From Eledone cirrhosa (taxonomy: Eukaryota): a DNA stretch of 64,000 nucleotides. Shown in pieces: positions 39,431 through 53,000 of the stretch. How positions within the stretch are numbered: the first letter of the stretch is position 1; each line of letters opens with the position of its first letter. A program made the translations under genes and the position numbers. The stretch covers positions 24,862,001-24,926,000 of the forward strand of contig OZ024744.1 of the NCBI GenBank assembly GCA_964016885.1. Direction: 5' to 3'. A model generated the notes under the pieces. It did not search any database. It was not told the DNA's origin and saw only the letters and a program-made list of their open reading frames with translations.

Positions 39431-39701
39431 TCTCCTTCTATTTCTCATCCCTTCTATCTTTCACTCTGTATATGTTTCATTCTCTCTATCTCTTATTCTC
39501 TCTCTCTCGTTCTTTTACCCTTATTTTCTCTTTCACACTCTTTCTCTCTCCACATTCCATCTCTTTCTTTCAGTCTCACTTTCTCATCCCCACCACTTTT
39601 TCATTCTCATTTCCATGAAAGTTTTAGAACTTTAGTCTCGCACCCTCTCTCCATCTCTCCCTCTCTCTCCCCCTCTCTCTCTGTCACCCTCTTCCTAGCT
39701 A

Positions 39702-39742
<41 letters not shown>

Positions 39743-40250
39743 CTCAACTATACACTTTTCTTTTGATAAACTTTGTTTTTACATCTCTCTTTCTTTTTCT
39801 CCCCTTCCCTACCCTATCATATTTATCCCCCTTCTTTCTCTATCCTCCTCTCCTCTCTCTCTCCCATCATTTATTTCTTATACCCCCCCCCCCCCACTGG
39901 TTTCTCTCATATCTTTTAATCTTTCTCTCTCTTCCTCACCTCATTCTCATCGTGTCTTCCTTCATATCTTTCTTTCTCTTACTGCCCCTCCCCCTCCTCA
40001 CATCTTTCCCATTCATCACTTACACACTCTCTCTCTCACCCCCACGTATTTCTTTCACGCACTTTCTATCTCCCAATCCCCCCCACCCCCAGTCTGTCCC
40101 CACCACATATACTTTCACAATTTATCTTTCTCTTTTTGTGTCACATTTATCTCACCTCTCTCTCTCTCTATCTTTCTCCCTCTCCACTCCTCTATCTCTC
40201 CCTATCCAACTCCACCCCACCCACCTCTCTCTCTATCTATATTTATTATT
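39431..40250. repeat. CT-rich low-complexity region
   Basis: Polypyrimidine sequence with (CT)n and (TA)n. Confidence 0.85.
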
Positions 40251-40824
40251 TTATCTGAGATTGTTTTTCTGCGTTTTTGTTTTTCTGGTTTAGTCATAAG
40301 TGTTCTGAAAGATAATCACACTAATTAGTGATCCGGCAATTAACGGTAATTTACTCGTGTTTTAGATGATTAGGTAAGAAAGTGGTGAAATTCTAGCAGC
40401 TTAGCAGTTTACCAACTTACTTTGGCGATTAGCTTGGAAAGTGTTAAAATTATTATTGCTATTAATTTCATCATCAACATTATTGTTGGTGGTGGTGGTG
40501 GTGGTATTGGTGTTGTTGTTGTTGTTAGTGGTGGTGGTGTTGGCTTCAGTGTTGTTGTTGTTGTTGGTGGTGGTTTCAGTGTTGTTAGTGGTGTTGTTGT
40601 AAGAGCTGTTGGTGTTTCAGTGTTGTTGTTGTTGTTGGTGCTGTTAGTAGTGTCATTGTAGCTGCTGCTACTGATGCTACTGGCAGCGTTGGTAGTAGTT
40701 TCACTCTTCTTCTTCTTGTCGGTATGATTGATGTTCTTGATAAAGTGTTTTCTTGTTAATATCCTCATTATGACGTTAATAGAGAAAATACTAGTACAAC
40801 AACAACACTAACAACATTATTAAC

Positions 40825-40930
40825 AAAATCCCGCCGAGGTTAACTTTGCCTTTCATCCTTACGGGGTCGATAAAATAAAGTACCAGTAATACACTGCTTA
40901 TTGCTGGCCTTGTGTTAAAAGTAGAAACAT
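40825..40930 (+). mobile_element. 5'-truncated SINE family A with a probable 8-bp TSD (TTATTAAC)
   Basis: TTATTAAC at 40817-40824 and 40931-40938; body AAATCCCGCCGAGGTTAACTTTGCC...GTAGAAACA. Confidence 0.85.
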
Positions 40931-40995
40931 TTATTAACCACAACAACAATCACAATTACAACAGTTTGGAGAAAATAATAATAGGCGTCATTAAT

Positions 40996-41182
40996 TGTTT
41001 CTACTTTAGGCACAAGGCCAGCAATAAACCAGTGTATTACTGGTACTTTATTTTATCGACCGCGTAAGGATGAAAGGCAAAGTCAACCTCGGCGGGATTT
41101 GAACTCAGATCATAAAGGGACGTAACTCTATGCCTCAAAGCATGGCGTCCGACCCTCTACCGATACTGCCAAACCCCGCCCT
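40996..41182 (-). mobile_element. Full-length SINE family A with a 14-bp TSD
   Basis: TAGGCGTCATTAAT at 40982-40995 and 41183-41196; the reverse complement matches 33190-33379. Confidence 0.92.
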
Positions 41183-41196
41183 TAGGCGTCATTAAT

Positions 41197-41370
41197 GATT
41201 TCTAATTAAGGTAGCAGAACAATAAAGCCGAGTAGTGTACTGGTACATTATATTATCGACCCTGCAAACATAAAAGGTAAAGTTGACCTGGACAGGATTT
41301 GAACTCAGAATGTAAAGAACTGGAACAAACACCGCAAGTTATTTCAGCGATTCTAAACAATTGCAACATC
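41197..41370 (-). mobile_element. Older, diverged SINE family A copy
   Basis: TACTGGTAC..TATTATCGACCC...AAAGTTGACCT...GGATTTGAACTCAGAATGTAAAG. Confidence 0.75.
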
Positions 41371-41394
41371 AACAACAAAGAAACAAGAAAAATA

Positions 41395-42010
41395 ACAGTA
41401 GCAGCAGTAGTAGTAGTAGTAGTAGTGGAGGTGGTGGTGGTGTTGGTAGAGGTAGTGGTGGTATGGGTGGTGGTGGGGGTAGTAGTAGTATTAGTGGTAG
41501 TAGTGGTGGTGGTAGTAGTAGTAGTGCTGGTGGTGGTAGAATTCGTGGTAGTTGGTGGTGGTTGTGCTGGTGGTAGAGGTGGTGGTGGTTGAGGTAGTAG
41601 TAGTATTAGTAGTGGTAATAGTAGTAATAGTGGTAGTAGTGGTGGTGGTGGTGGTAGTAGAAATAGAGGTGGTGGTGGTGGTAGAGGTAGAGGTGGTAGT
41701 TGTGATAACGATGACGGTTCCGATTATATGAAGATAAAAATGATGAGGTTGATGATAAGGATGGTGAAGGTGATGATGGTGATGGTGATGGTATAATGAT
41801 GGTGATGGTATAATGATTGTGATGATGGTGATGATGATATTGAGGATAATAATGATGATGTTAATGATAAAGATGATAATGGTGATGGTGATGATGGTGA
41901 TAGTGATGATGATAATGATGGTGATGATGGTGATGGTGGTGATGGTGGTGATGGTGATGATGGTGATGATAGTGATAGTGATGGTGATAATGATAATGAC
42001 GATGGTGATG
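41395..42010. repeat. (GTA/GGT/GAT)n trinucleotide low-complexity region
   Basis: Directly visible. Confidence 0.9.
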
Positions 42011-42411
42011 CTGCATTATATATGATTTTTCGCGAAAAAAAAATAGAGATAAAAGATAAAACTATAAAAGAAGCCTGGAATATATTTGCGAAAAAATCTT
42101 GGAAATCATTAAGATATTTTGATTAATGACAAGTGTTTATTTCATTGATATTTTTTATTTTATTTTATTAGTATTTAAGTTAATCAAACGCAGAGGGAAT
42201 ATTTAACACAATTCATTGGCTTTCACGGTTGTTTTAATAATAAATGAATAAAGAGTTAAATAAATAGAACGTGTATGAAGTTAAATAAATCTACAAAATA
42301 AAAGAGGAAATACGTGTTTGTTTAAATCAATGAATGAATGCAATAGTTATATTGAAAGGAACAAATTCCTTTAAAAGTAAGACCTGAAATGATGCGGGTT
42401 CAATTCAGATT

Positions 42412-42958
42412 GTTGGCTTACAGAATCATTAGAGCGTCGGAGAAAATACCTTGCGGCATTTATGGTTTATAACGTTCTGACTTCAAGTCACGCCCTATGT
42501 CAAATTTACCTTTCATTTTCCCGGGTTTGATAAAATAAGTACCAGTCACGTACTGAGGTCGATTTAATTGTCCTCCTCCTCCAACAAATGTTTGGCCTTG
42601 TACATAATTGGAAACCATTACGTGAGGTGGATTGGTTGAGTGTCGACTAAAATTATTTTTTACTGTTCATTCTTATACAAGTATATAGAAATAAAATACC
42701 AGCAAAATACTGGGGTTGATGGAATTGACTAACCCAAATGCCTGAACTTGTGCATATATCAGAAAAAAAGAAATCATTGTTATTTAACAGGACGGTGGAT
42801 TAGCCGAGTCAGTAGAGCGTCGGACAAATGCTCAGTGGTATTTGTTCTGGGTTTTACATTTCGAGGTCTATATATTAAAATACTAGTCAAGTACTGGAGT
42901 CAACTTTCCATCCTCGCCCCAATTGCTGGCCTTGTACAAAAATTAGACTATTATTATT
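42412..42958 (+). mobile_element. Three head-to-tail degenerate SINE family A copies
   Basis: Copies at ~42412-42620, ~42621-42785 and ~42789-42958, each with a relic of the ATAAAATAAGTACCAG..TACTG block and a CTTGT..GAAA/AGAC..ATT end. Confidence 0.7.
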
Positions 42959-43078
42959 TAACAATTGGGAGTTGTAAAGTGTTCTGAAACATAAGAGACA
43001 AAAAATAAGAAAATGAAATGAAATGATTGCTTATGGAGATTGAAACCGTATTGCGATCTCTGCTTGACACGATCTTAC

Positions 43079-43143
43079 CTATTGTTGACCGGTACTCGCC
43101 ATCACCAGCACCCTCTTTATCATATTGATGACTTGATGGCCTT
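43079..43143 (-). CDS. Candidate 65-bp internal exon of an unidentified host gene
   Basis: Minus strand shows CTAAC branch (43183-43179), pyrimidine tract, CAG acceptor, open frame RPSSHQYDKEGAGDGEYRSTI and AG|GTAAGA donor. No homology recognised. Confidence 0.35.
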
Positions 43144-44032
43144 CTGATGTACAAGAGAATTGTGATAAGAAAAGAAGGGTTAGGTTATTGAGTTTCATTA
43201 ATATTCTCTTTGAATTCCTACAGATTTACTGAATGTGATAGGGTGAGCCTTTTCAACGGTGAATTCCAAACTAAGTGTTGTATAGAAAAAATATGGAAAA
43301 ATATGGAATATTGGGAAGAACATACAGAGAAAAAAAATGGTTTGTTGGTGTATAGATGGGGGCAGTCGGGGATAAAATCGATCTTGCTAGAATTGAGGTG
43401 GAGTGATCGAGGTATTAGCGATAAAAGAGGCCAAAAAGAAGAGCATAAAAGGTTTAAGAAACCGATTGAGGATTTTTTCTTTTTTTTTGTATTTTTTTTT
43501 TCACCCCCATTTTACTTGTTTTCTTTTTCTTTTTTTGGCTTGTATCCCAGAATGCTAATGGGCCATTATTTATAGGGGGCGGTCAATCATCAATCAATGT
43601 TATATTTATCTCACATGGTAAAGTGCGGTAAAGAAAGTGGGGAGTTACTGGCGGCAGGTTGAGACCACAAACCAGTTTCGATTATTGGTTTATGCAAATT
43701 CGATTTCCCTCATACCGCAATAGCTTTTGAGAAAGGTAATGAATGTCACAACATCCCATTTATCGCAACCTCATTCCGATATCTTGGGTGTGCTTTTCGT
43801 TTGTTATTTTCTTTTTCATTTTTGTTTATAGTCAAAAGAAAGTAACATTTTCTTTCTTTCCTAACAAGAGTATTAAATATAGTGACTTACACGATTTCTG
43901 ATAATCAAAGTAATTATTCTGATTCATTTGGAAATATGGGGCAGAAAGTAGACATGGTGTTCATGCCTTTCCGTTAACTGTTATAAAGTACTCCAAAGAA
44001 ATATAACAAATAGTGAAACAATTGGCAATTGA

Positions 44033-47000
44033 AACAGAAAAGTATAGTGTATATAACAGAGAAGTATAGTGTATATAAATGGGAAGTATAGTGTATATAA
44101 CAGATAGTATAGAGTATATAACAGATAGTATAGAGTATATAACAGAGAAGTATAGTGTATATAACAGAGAAGTATAGTGTATATAACAGGGAAGTATAGT
44201 GTATATAACAGGGAAGTATAGTGTATATAACAGGGAAGTATAGTGTATATAAATGGGAAGTATAGTGTATATAACAGATAGTATAGTGTATAGAACAGGG
44301 AAGTATAGTGTATATAACAGAGAAGTAGAGTGTATATAACAGAGAAGTATAGTGCATATAAAAGGGAAGTTTAGTGTATATAACAGAGAAGTATAGTGTA
44401 TATAACAGATAGTGTAGAGTATATAACAGAGTAGTATAGTGTATATAACAGAGAAGTATAGTGTATATAACAGGGAGGTATAGTGTATATAACAGGGAAG
44501 TATAGTGTATATAACAGAGAAGTATAGTGTATATAACAGGGAAGTATAGTGTATATAACAGGGAAGTATAGTGTATATATCAGGGAAGCATAGTGTATAT
44601 AACAGAGAAGTATAGTGTATATAACAGATAGTATAGAGTATATAAGAGAGTATTATAGTGTATATAACAGAAGTATGGTGTATATAGCAGGGATGTATAG
44701 TGTATATAACAGAGAAGCATAGTGTATATAACAGGTAAGTATAGTGTATATAACAAGGAAGTATAGTGTATATAACAGGGAAGTATAGTGTATATAACAT
44801 AGAAGTATAGTGTATATAACAGATAGTATAGTGTATATAACAGGGAAGTATAGTGTATATAACAGAGAAGTATAGTGTATATAACAGAGAAGTATAGTGT
44901 ATATAAAAAGGAAGTATAGTGTATATATCAGGGAAGCATAGTGTATATAACAGAGAAGTATAGTGTATATAACAGGAAAGTATGGTGTATATAAATGGGA
45001 AGTATAGTGTATATAACAGATAGTATAGTGTATATAACAGGGAAGTATAGTGTATATAACAGAGAAGTATAGCGTATATAACAGAGAAGTATAGTGTATA
45101 TAACAGAGAAGTATAGTGTATATAACCGGGAAGTATAGTGTATATAACAGAGAAGTATAGTGTATATAACAGAGAAGTATAGTGTATATAACACATAGTT
45201 TAGTTTATATAACAGAGAATTATAGTGTATATAACAGGCAAGTATAGTGCATATAACAGGGAAGTATAGTGTATATAACAGGGAAGTATAGTGTATATAA
45301 AAGGGAAGTATAGTGTATATAACAGGGAAGTATAGTGTATATAACAGAGAAGTATAGTGTATATAACAGAAGTATAGTGTATATAACAGGGAAGTATAGT
45401 GTATATAACAGGGAAGTATAGTGTATATAACAGGGAAGTATAGTGTTTATAACAGAGAAGTATAGTGTATATAACAGGGAAGTATAGTGTATATAATAGA
45501 GAAGTATAGTGTATATAACAGATAGTATAGTGTATATAACAGGGAAATATAGTGTATATAACAGGGAAATATAGTTTATATAACAGAGAAGTATAGTGTA
45601 TATAACAGAGTAGTATAGTGTATATAACAGAGAAGTATAGTGTATATAACAGATAGTTTAGTTTATATAACAGAGAATTATAGTGTATATAACGGGGAAG
45701 TATAGTGCATATAACAGGGAAGTATAGTATATATAACAGGGAAGTATAGCGTATATAACAGAGAAGTATAGTGTATATAACAGCGAAGTATAGTGTATAT
45801 AAAAGGGAAGTATAGTGTATATAACAGGGAAGTATAGTGTATATAAAAGGGAAGTATAGTGTATATAACAGGGAAGTATAGTGTATATAACAGAAGTATA
45901 GTGTATATAACAGGGAAGTATAGTGTATATAACAGGGAAGTATAGTGTATATAACAGGGAAGTATAGTGTATATAACAGGGACGTATAGTGTATATAACA
46001 GGGAAGTATAGTGTATATAACAGAGAAGTATAGTGTATATAACAGATAGTATAGTGTATATAACAGGGTAATATAGTCTATATAACAGGGAAGTATAGTT
46101 TATATAACAGAGAAGTATAGTGTATATAACAGAGAAGTATAGTGTATATAACAGATAGTATAGTGTATATAACAGGGAAGTATAGTGTATATAACAGGGA
46201 AGTATAGTTTATATAACAGAGAAGTATAGTGTATATAACAGATAGTATAGTGAATATAACAGGGAAGTATAGTGTATATAACAGATAGTATAGTGTATAT
46301 AACAGAGAAGTATAGTGTATATAACAGAGAAGTATAGTGTATATAAGAGAAGTATAGTGTATATAAGAGAAGTATAGTGTATATAACAGGGAAGTATAGT
46401 GTATATAACAGAGAAGTATAGTGTATATAACAGGGATGTATAGTGCATATAACAGGGAAGTATAGTGTATATAACAGAGAAGTATAGTGTATATAACAGA
46501 GAAGTATAGTGGATATAAAAGGGAAGTATAGTGTATATAACAGATAGTATAGTGTATATAACATATAGTATACTGTATATAACAGCGAAGTATAGTGTAT
46601 ATAACAGGGAAGTATAGTGCATATAACATATAGTATAGTGTATATAACAGGGAAGTATAGTGTATATAACAGATAGTATAGTGTATATAACAGGGAAGTA
46701 TAGTGTATATAACAGGGAAGTATAGTGTATATAACAGGGAAGTATAGTGTATATAACAGGGAAGTATAGTGTATATAACAGGGAAGTATAGTGCATATAA
46801 CAGATAGTATAGTGTATATAACAGATAGTATAGTGTATATAACAGATAGTATAGTGTATATAACAGATAGTATAGTTTATATAATAGAGAAGTATAGTGT
46901 ATATAACAGGGAAGTATAGTGTATATAACAGGGAAGTATAGTGTATATAACAGGAAAGTATAGTGTATATAACAGGGAAGTATAGTGTATATAACAGGGA

Positions 47001-50000
47001 AGTATAGTGTATATAACAGGGAAGTATAGTGTATATAACAGATAGTATAGTGTATATAACAGGGAAGTATAGTGTATATAACAGGGAAGTATAGTGTATA
47101 TAACAGGGACGTATAGTGCATATAACAGAGAAGTATAGTGTATATAAAAGGGAAGTATAGTGTATATAACAGATAGTATAGTGTATATAACAGATAGTAT
47201 ACTGTATATAAAAGGGAAGTATAGTGTATATAACAGGGAAGAATAGTGTATATAACAGATAGTATAGTGTATATAACAGATAGTATAGTGTATATAACAG
47301 GGGAGTACAGTGTATATAACAGGGAAGTACAGTGTATATAACAGGGAAGTATAGTGTATATAACAGGGAAGTATAGTGTATATAACAGGGACGTATAGTG
47401 TATATAACAGGGAAGTATAGTGTATATAACAGAGAAGTATAGTGTATATAACAGATAGTATAGTGTATATAACAGGGTAGTATAGTGTATATAACAGAGA
47501 AGTATAGTGTTTATAATATGGAAGTATAGTGTATAAAACAGAGAAGTTTAGTGTATATAACAGAGAAGTATAGTGTATATAACAGAGAAGTATAGTGTAT
47601 ATAACAGAGAAGTATAGTGTATATAACAGGGAAGTATAGTGTATATAACAGAGAAGTATAGTGTATATAACAGGGAAGTATAGTGTTTATAACAGGGAGG
47701 TATAGTGTATATAACAGAGAAGTATAGTGTATATAACATGGAAGTATAGTGTATATAACAGAGAAGTATAGTGTATATAAAAGGGAAGTATAGTGTATAT
47801 AACAGATAGTATAGTGTATATAAAAGAGAAGTATACTGTATATGACAGAGAAGTATAGTGTATATAACAGATAGTATACTGTATATAACAGAAGTATAGT
47901 GTATATAACAGGGAACTATAGAGTATACAACAGCGAAGTATAGTGTATATAACAGATAAGTATAGTGTATATAACAGAGATGTATAGTGTATATAACATG
48001 GAAGTATAGTGTATATAACAGAGAAGTATAGTGTATATAACAGAGAAGTATAGTGTATATAACAGAGAAGTATAGTGTATATAACAGAGAAGTATAGTGT
48101 ATATAACAGAAAAGTATAGTGTATATAACAGATAGTATAATGTATATAACAGAGAAGTATAGTGTATATAACAGGGAAGTATAGAGTATATAACAGTGAA
48201 GTATTGTGTATATAACAGAGAAGTATAGTGTATATAAAAGGGAAGTATAGTGTATCTAACAGAGAAGTATAATGTATATAACAGAGAAGTATAGTGTATA
48301 TAACATGGAAGTATAGTGTATATAACAGAGAAGTATAGTGTATATAACAGAGAAGTATAGTGTATATAACAGAGAAGTATAGTGTATAGAACAGAGAAGT
48401 ATAGTGTATATAACAGAGAAGTATAGGGTATATAACAGAGAAGTATACTGTATAACAGATAGTATAGTGTATATAAAAGATAGTATACTGTATATAACAG
48501 AGAAGTATACTGTATATGACAGAGAAGTATAGTGTATATAACAGATAGTATACTGTATATAATAGAAAAGTATAGTGTACATAACAGGGAACTATAGAGT
48601 ATACAACAGCGAAGTATAGTGTATATAACAGATAAGTATAGTGTATATAACAGAAAAGTATACTGTATATAACAGGGAAGTATAGTGTATATAACAGGGA
48701 AGTATAGTGTATGTAACAGATAGTATAGTGTATATAACAGGGAAGTATAGTGTATATAACAGAGAAGTATAGTGTATATAAAAGAGAAGTATAGTGTATA
48801 TAACAGAAGTATAGTGTATATAATAGGGAAGTATAGTGTATATAACAGATAGTATAGTGTATATAACAGGGAAGTATAGTGTATATAACAGGAAAGTATG
48901 GTGTATATAACAGGAAAGTATGGTGTATATAACAGGGAAGTATAGTGTATATAACAGATAGTATAGTGTATATAACAGATAGTATAGTGTATATAACAGG
49001 GATGTATAGTGTATATAACAGAGAGGTATAGTGTATATAACAGAGAAGTATAGTGTATATAACAGAGAGGTATAGAGTATATAACTGGGAAGTATAGTGT
49101 AGATAACAGATAGTATAGTGTATATAACAGGGAAGTATAGTGTATATAACAGAGAAGTATAGTGTATATAACAGAAAAGTATAGTGTATATAACAGATAG
49201 TATAATGTATATAACAGAGAAATATAGTGTATATAACAGAAAAGTATAGTGTATATAACAGGGATGTATAGTGTATTTAACAGAGAAGTATAGTGCATAT
49301 AACAGAGAAGTATAGTGTATAGAACTGGGAAGTATAGTGTATACAACAAAGTATAGTGTATATAACAGATAGTATAGTGTATATAACAGTGAAGTATAGT
49401 GTATATAACAGGGAAGTATAGTGTATATAACAGAGAAGTATAGTGTATATAACAGATAGTATAGTGTTTATAACAGATAGTATAGTGTATATAAAGGGAT
49501 GTATAGTGTATATAACAGAGAAGTAAAGTGTATAAAACAGAGAAGTATAGTGTATATAACAGATAGTATACTGTATATAACAGAAGTATAGTGTATATAA
49601 CAGGGAACTATAGAGTATACAACAGCGAAGTATAGTGTATATAACAGATAAGTATAGTGTATATAACAGAGATGTATAGTGTATATAACATGGAAGTATA
49701 GTGTATATAACAGAGAAGTATAGTGTATATAACAGAGAAGTATAGTGTATATAACAGAGAAGTATAGTGTATATAACAGAGAAGTATAGTGTATATAACA
49801 GAAAAGTATAGTGTATATAACAGATAGTATAATGTATATAACAGAGAAGTATAGTGTATATAACAGGGAAGTATAGAGTATATAACAGTGAAGTATTGTG
49901 TATATAACAGAGAAGTATAGTGTTTATAATATGGAAGTATAGTGTATAAAACAGAGAAGTTTAGTGTATATAACAGAGAAGTATAGTGTATATAACAGAG

Positions 50001-53000
50001 AAGTATAGTGTATATAACAGAGAAGTATAGTGTATATAACAGGGAAGTATAGTGTATATAACAGAGAAGTATAGTGTATATAACAGGGAAGTATAGTGTT
50101 TATAACAGGGAGGTATAGTGTATATAACAGAGAAGTATAGTGTATATAACATGGAAGTATAGTGTATATAACAGATAGTATACTGTATATAAAAGGGAAG
50201 TATAGTGTATATAACAGGGAAGAATAGTGTATATAACAGATAGTATAGTGTATATAACAGATAGTATAGTGTATATAACAGGGGAGTACAGTGTATATAA
50301 CAGGGAAGTACAGTGTATATAACAGGGAAGTATAGTGTATATAACAGGGAAGTATAGTGTATATAACAGGGACGTATAGTGTATATAACAGGGAAGTATA
50401 GTGTATATAACAGAGAAGTATAGTGTATATAACAGATAGTATAGTGTATATAACAGGGTAGTATAGTGTATATAACAGAGAAGTATAGTGTTTATAATAT
50501 GGAAGTATAGTGTATAAAACAGAGAAGTTTAGTGTATATAACAGAGAAGTATAGTGTATATAACAGAGAAGTATAGTGTATATAACAGAGAAGTATAGTG
50601 TATATAACAGGGAAGTATAGTGTATATAACAGAGAAGTATAGTGTATATAACAGGGAAGTATAGTGTTTATAACAGGGAGGTATAGTGTATATAACAGAG
50701 AAGTATAGTGTATATAACATGGAAGTATAGTGTATATAACAGAGAAGTATAGTGTATATAAAAGGGAAGTATAGTGTATATAACAGATAGTATAGTGTAT
50801 ATAAAAGAGAAGTATACTGTATATGACAGAGAAGTATAGTGTATATAACAGATAGTATACTGTATATAACAGAAGTATAGTGTATATAACAGGGAACTAT
50901 AGAGTATACAACAGCGAAGTATAGTGTATATAACAGATAAGTATAGTGTATATAACAGAGATGTATAGTGTATATAACATGGAAGTATAGTGTATATAAC
51001 AGAGAAGTATAGTGTATATAACAGAGAAGTATAGTGTATATAACAGAGAAGTATAGTGTATATAACAGAGAAGTATAGTGTATATAACAGAAAAGTATAG
51101 TGTATATAACAGATAGTATAATGTATATAACAGAGAAGTATAGTGTATATAACAGGGAAGTATAGAGTATATAACAGTGAAGTATTGTGTATATAACAGA
51201 GAAGTATAGTGTATATAAAAGGGAAGTATAGTGTATCTAACAGAGAAGTATAATGTATATAACAGAGAAGTATAGTGTATATAACATGGAAGTATAGTGT
51301 ATATAACAGAGAAGTATAGTGTATATAACAGAGAAGTATAGTGTATATAACAGAGAAGTATAGTGTATAGAACAGAGAAGTATAGTAAATATAACAGAGA
51401 AGTATAGGGTATATAACAGAGAAGTATACTGTATAACAGATAGTATAGTGTATATAAAAGATAGTATACTGTATATAACAGAGAAGTATACTGTATATGA
51501 CAGAGAAGTATAGTGTATATAACAGATAGTATACTGTATATAATAGAAAAGTATAGTGTACATAACAGGGAACTATAGAGTATACAACAGCGAAGTATAG
51601 TGTATATAACAGATAAGTATAGTGTATATAACAGAAAAGTATACTGTATATAACAGGGAAGTATAGTGTATATAACAGGGAAGTATAGTGTATGTAACAG
51701 ATAGTATAGTGTATATAACAGGGAAGTATAGTGTATATAACAGAGAAGTATAGTGTATATAAAAGAGAAGTATAGTGTATATAACAGAAGTATAGTGTAT
51801 ATAATAGGGAAGTATAGTGTATATAACAGATAGTATAGTGTATATAACAGGGAAGTATAGTGTATATAACAGGAAAGTATGGTGTATATAACAGGAAAGT
51901 ATGGTGTATATAACAGGGAAGTATAGTGTATATAACAGATAGTATAGTGTATATAACAGATAGTATAGTGTATATAACAGGGATGTATAGTGTATATAAC
52001 AGAGAGGTATAGTGTATATAACAGAGAAGTATAGTGTATATAACAGAGAGGTATAGAGTATATAACTGGGAAGTATAGTGTAGATAACAGATAGTATAGT
52101 GTATATAACAGGGAAGTATAGTGTATATAACAGAGAAGTATAGTGTATATAACAGAAAAGTATAGTGTATATAACAGATAGTATAATGTATATAACAGAG
52201 AAATATAGTGTATATAACAGAAAAGTATAGTGTATATAACAGGGATGTATAGTGTATTTAACAGAGAAGTATAGTGCATATAACAGAGAAGTATAGTGTA
52301 TAGAACTGGGAAGTATAGTGTATACAACAAAGTATAGTGTATATAACAGATAGTATAGTGTATATAACAGTGAAGTATAGTGTATATAACAGGGAAGTAT
52401 AGTGTATATAACAGAGAAGTATAGTGTATATAACAGATAGTATAGTGTTTATAACAGATAGTATAGTGTATATAAAGGGATGTATAGTGTATATAACAGA
52501 GAAGTAAAGTGTATAAAACAGAGAAGTATAGTGTATATAACAGAGAAGTATAGTGTATATAACAGGGAAGTATAGTGTATATAACAGAGAAGTATAGTGT
52601 ATATAACAGAGAAGTATAGTGTATATAACTGGGAAGTATAGAGTATATAACAGTGAAGTATTGTGTATATAACAGAGAAGTATAGTGTATATAAAAGGGA
52701 AGTATAGTGTATCTAACAGAGAAGTATAATGTATATAACAGAGAAGTATAGTGTATATAACATGGAAGTATAGTGTATATAACAGAGAAGTATAGTGTAT
52801 AGAACAGAGAAGTATAGTGTATATAACAGAGAAGTATAGGGTATATAACAGAGAAGTATACTGTATAACAGATAGTATAGTGTATATAAAAGATAGTATA
52901 CTGTATATAACAGAGAAGTATACTGTATATGACAGAGAAGTATAGTGTATATAACAGATAGTATACTGTATATAATAGAAAAGTATAGTGTACATAACAG

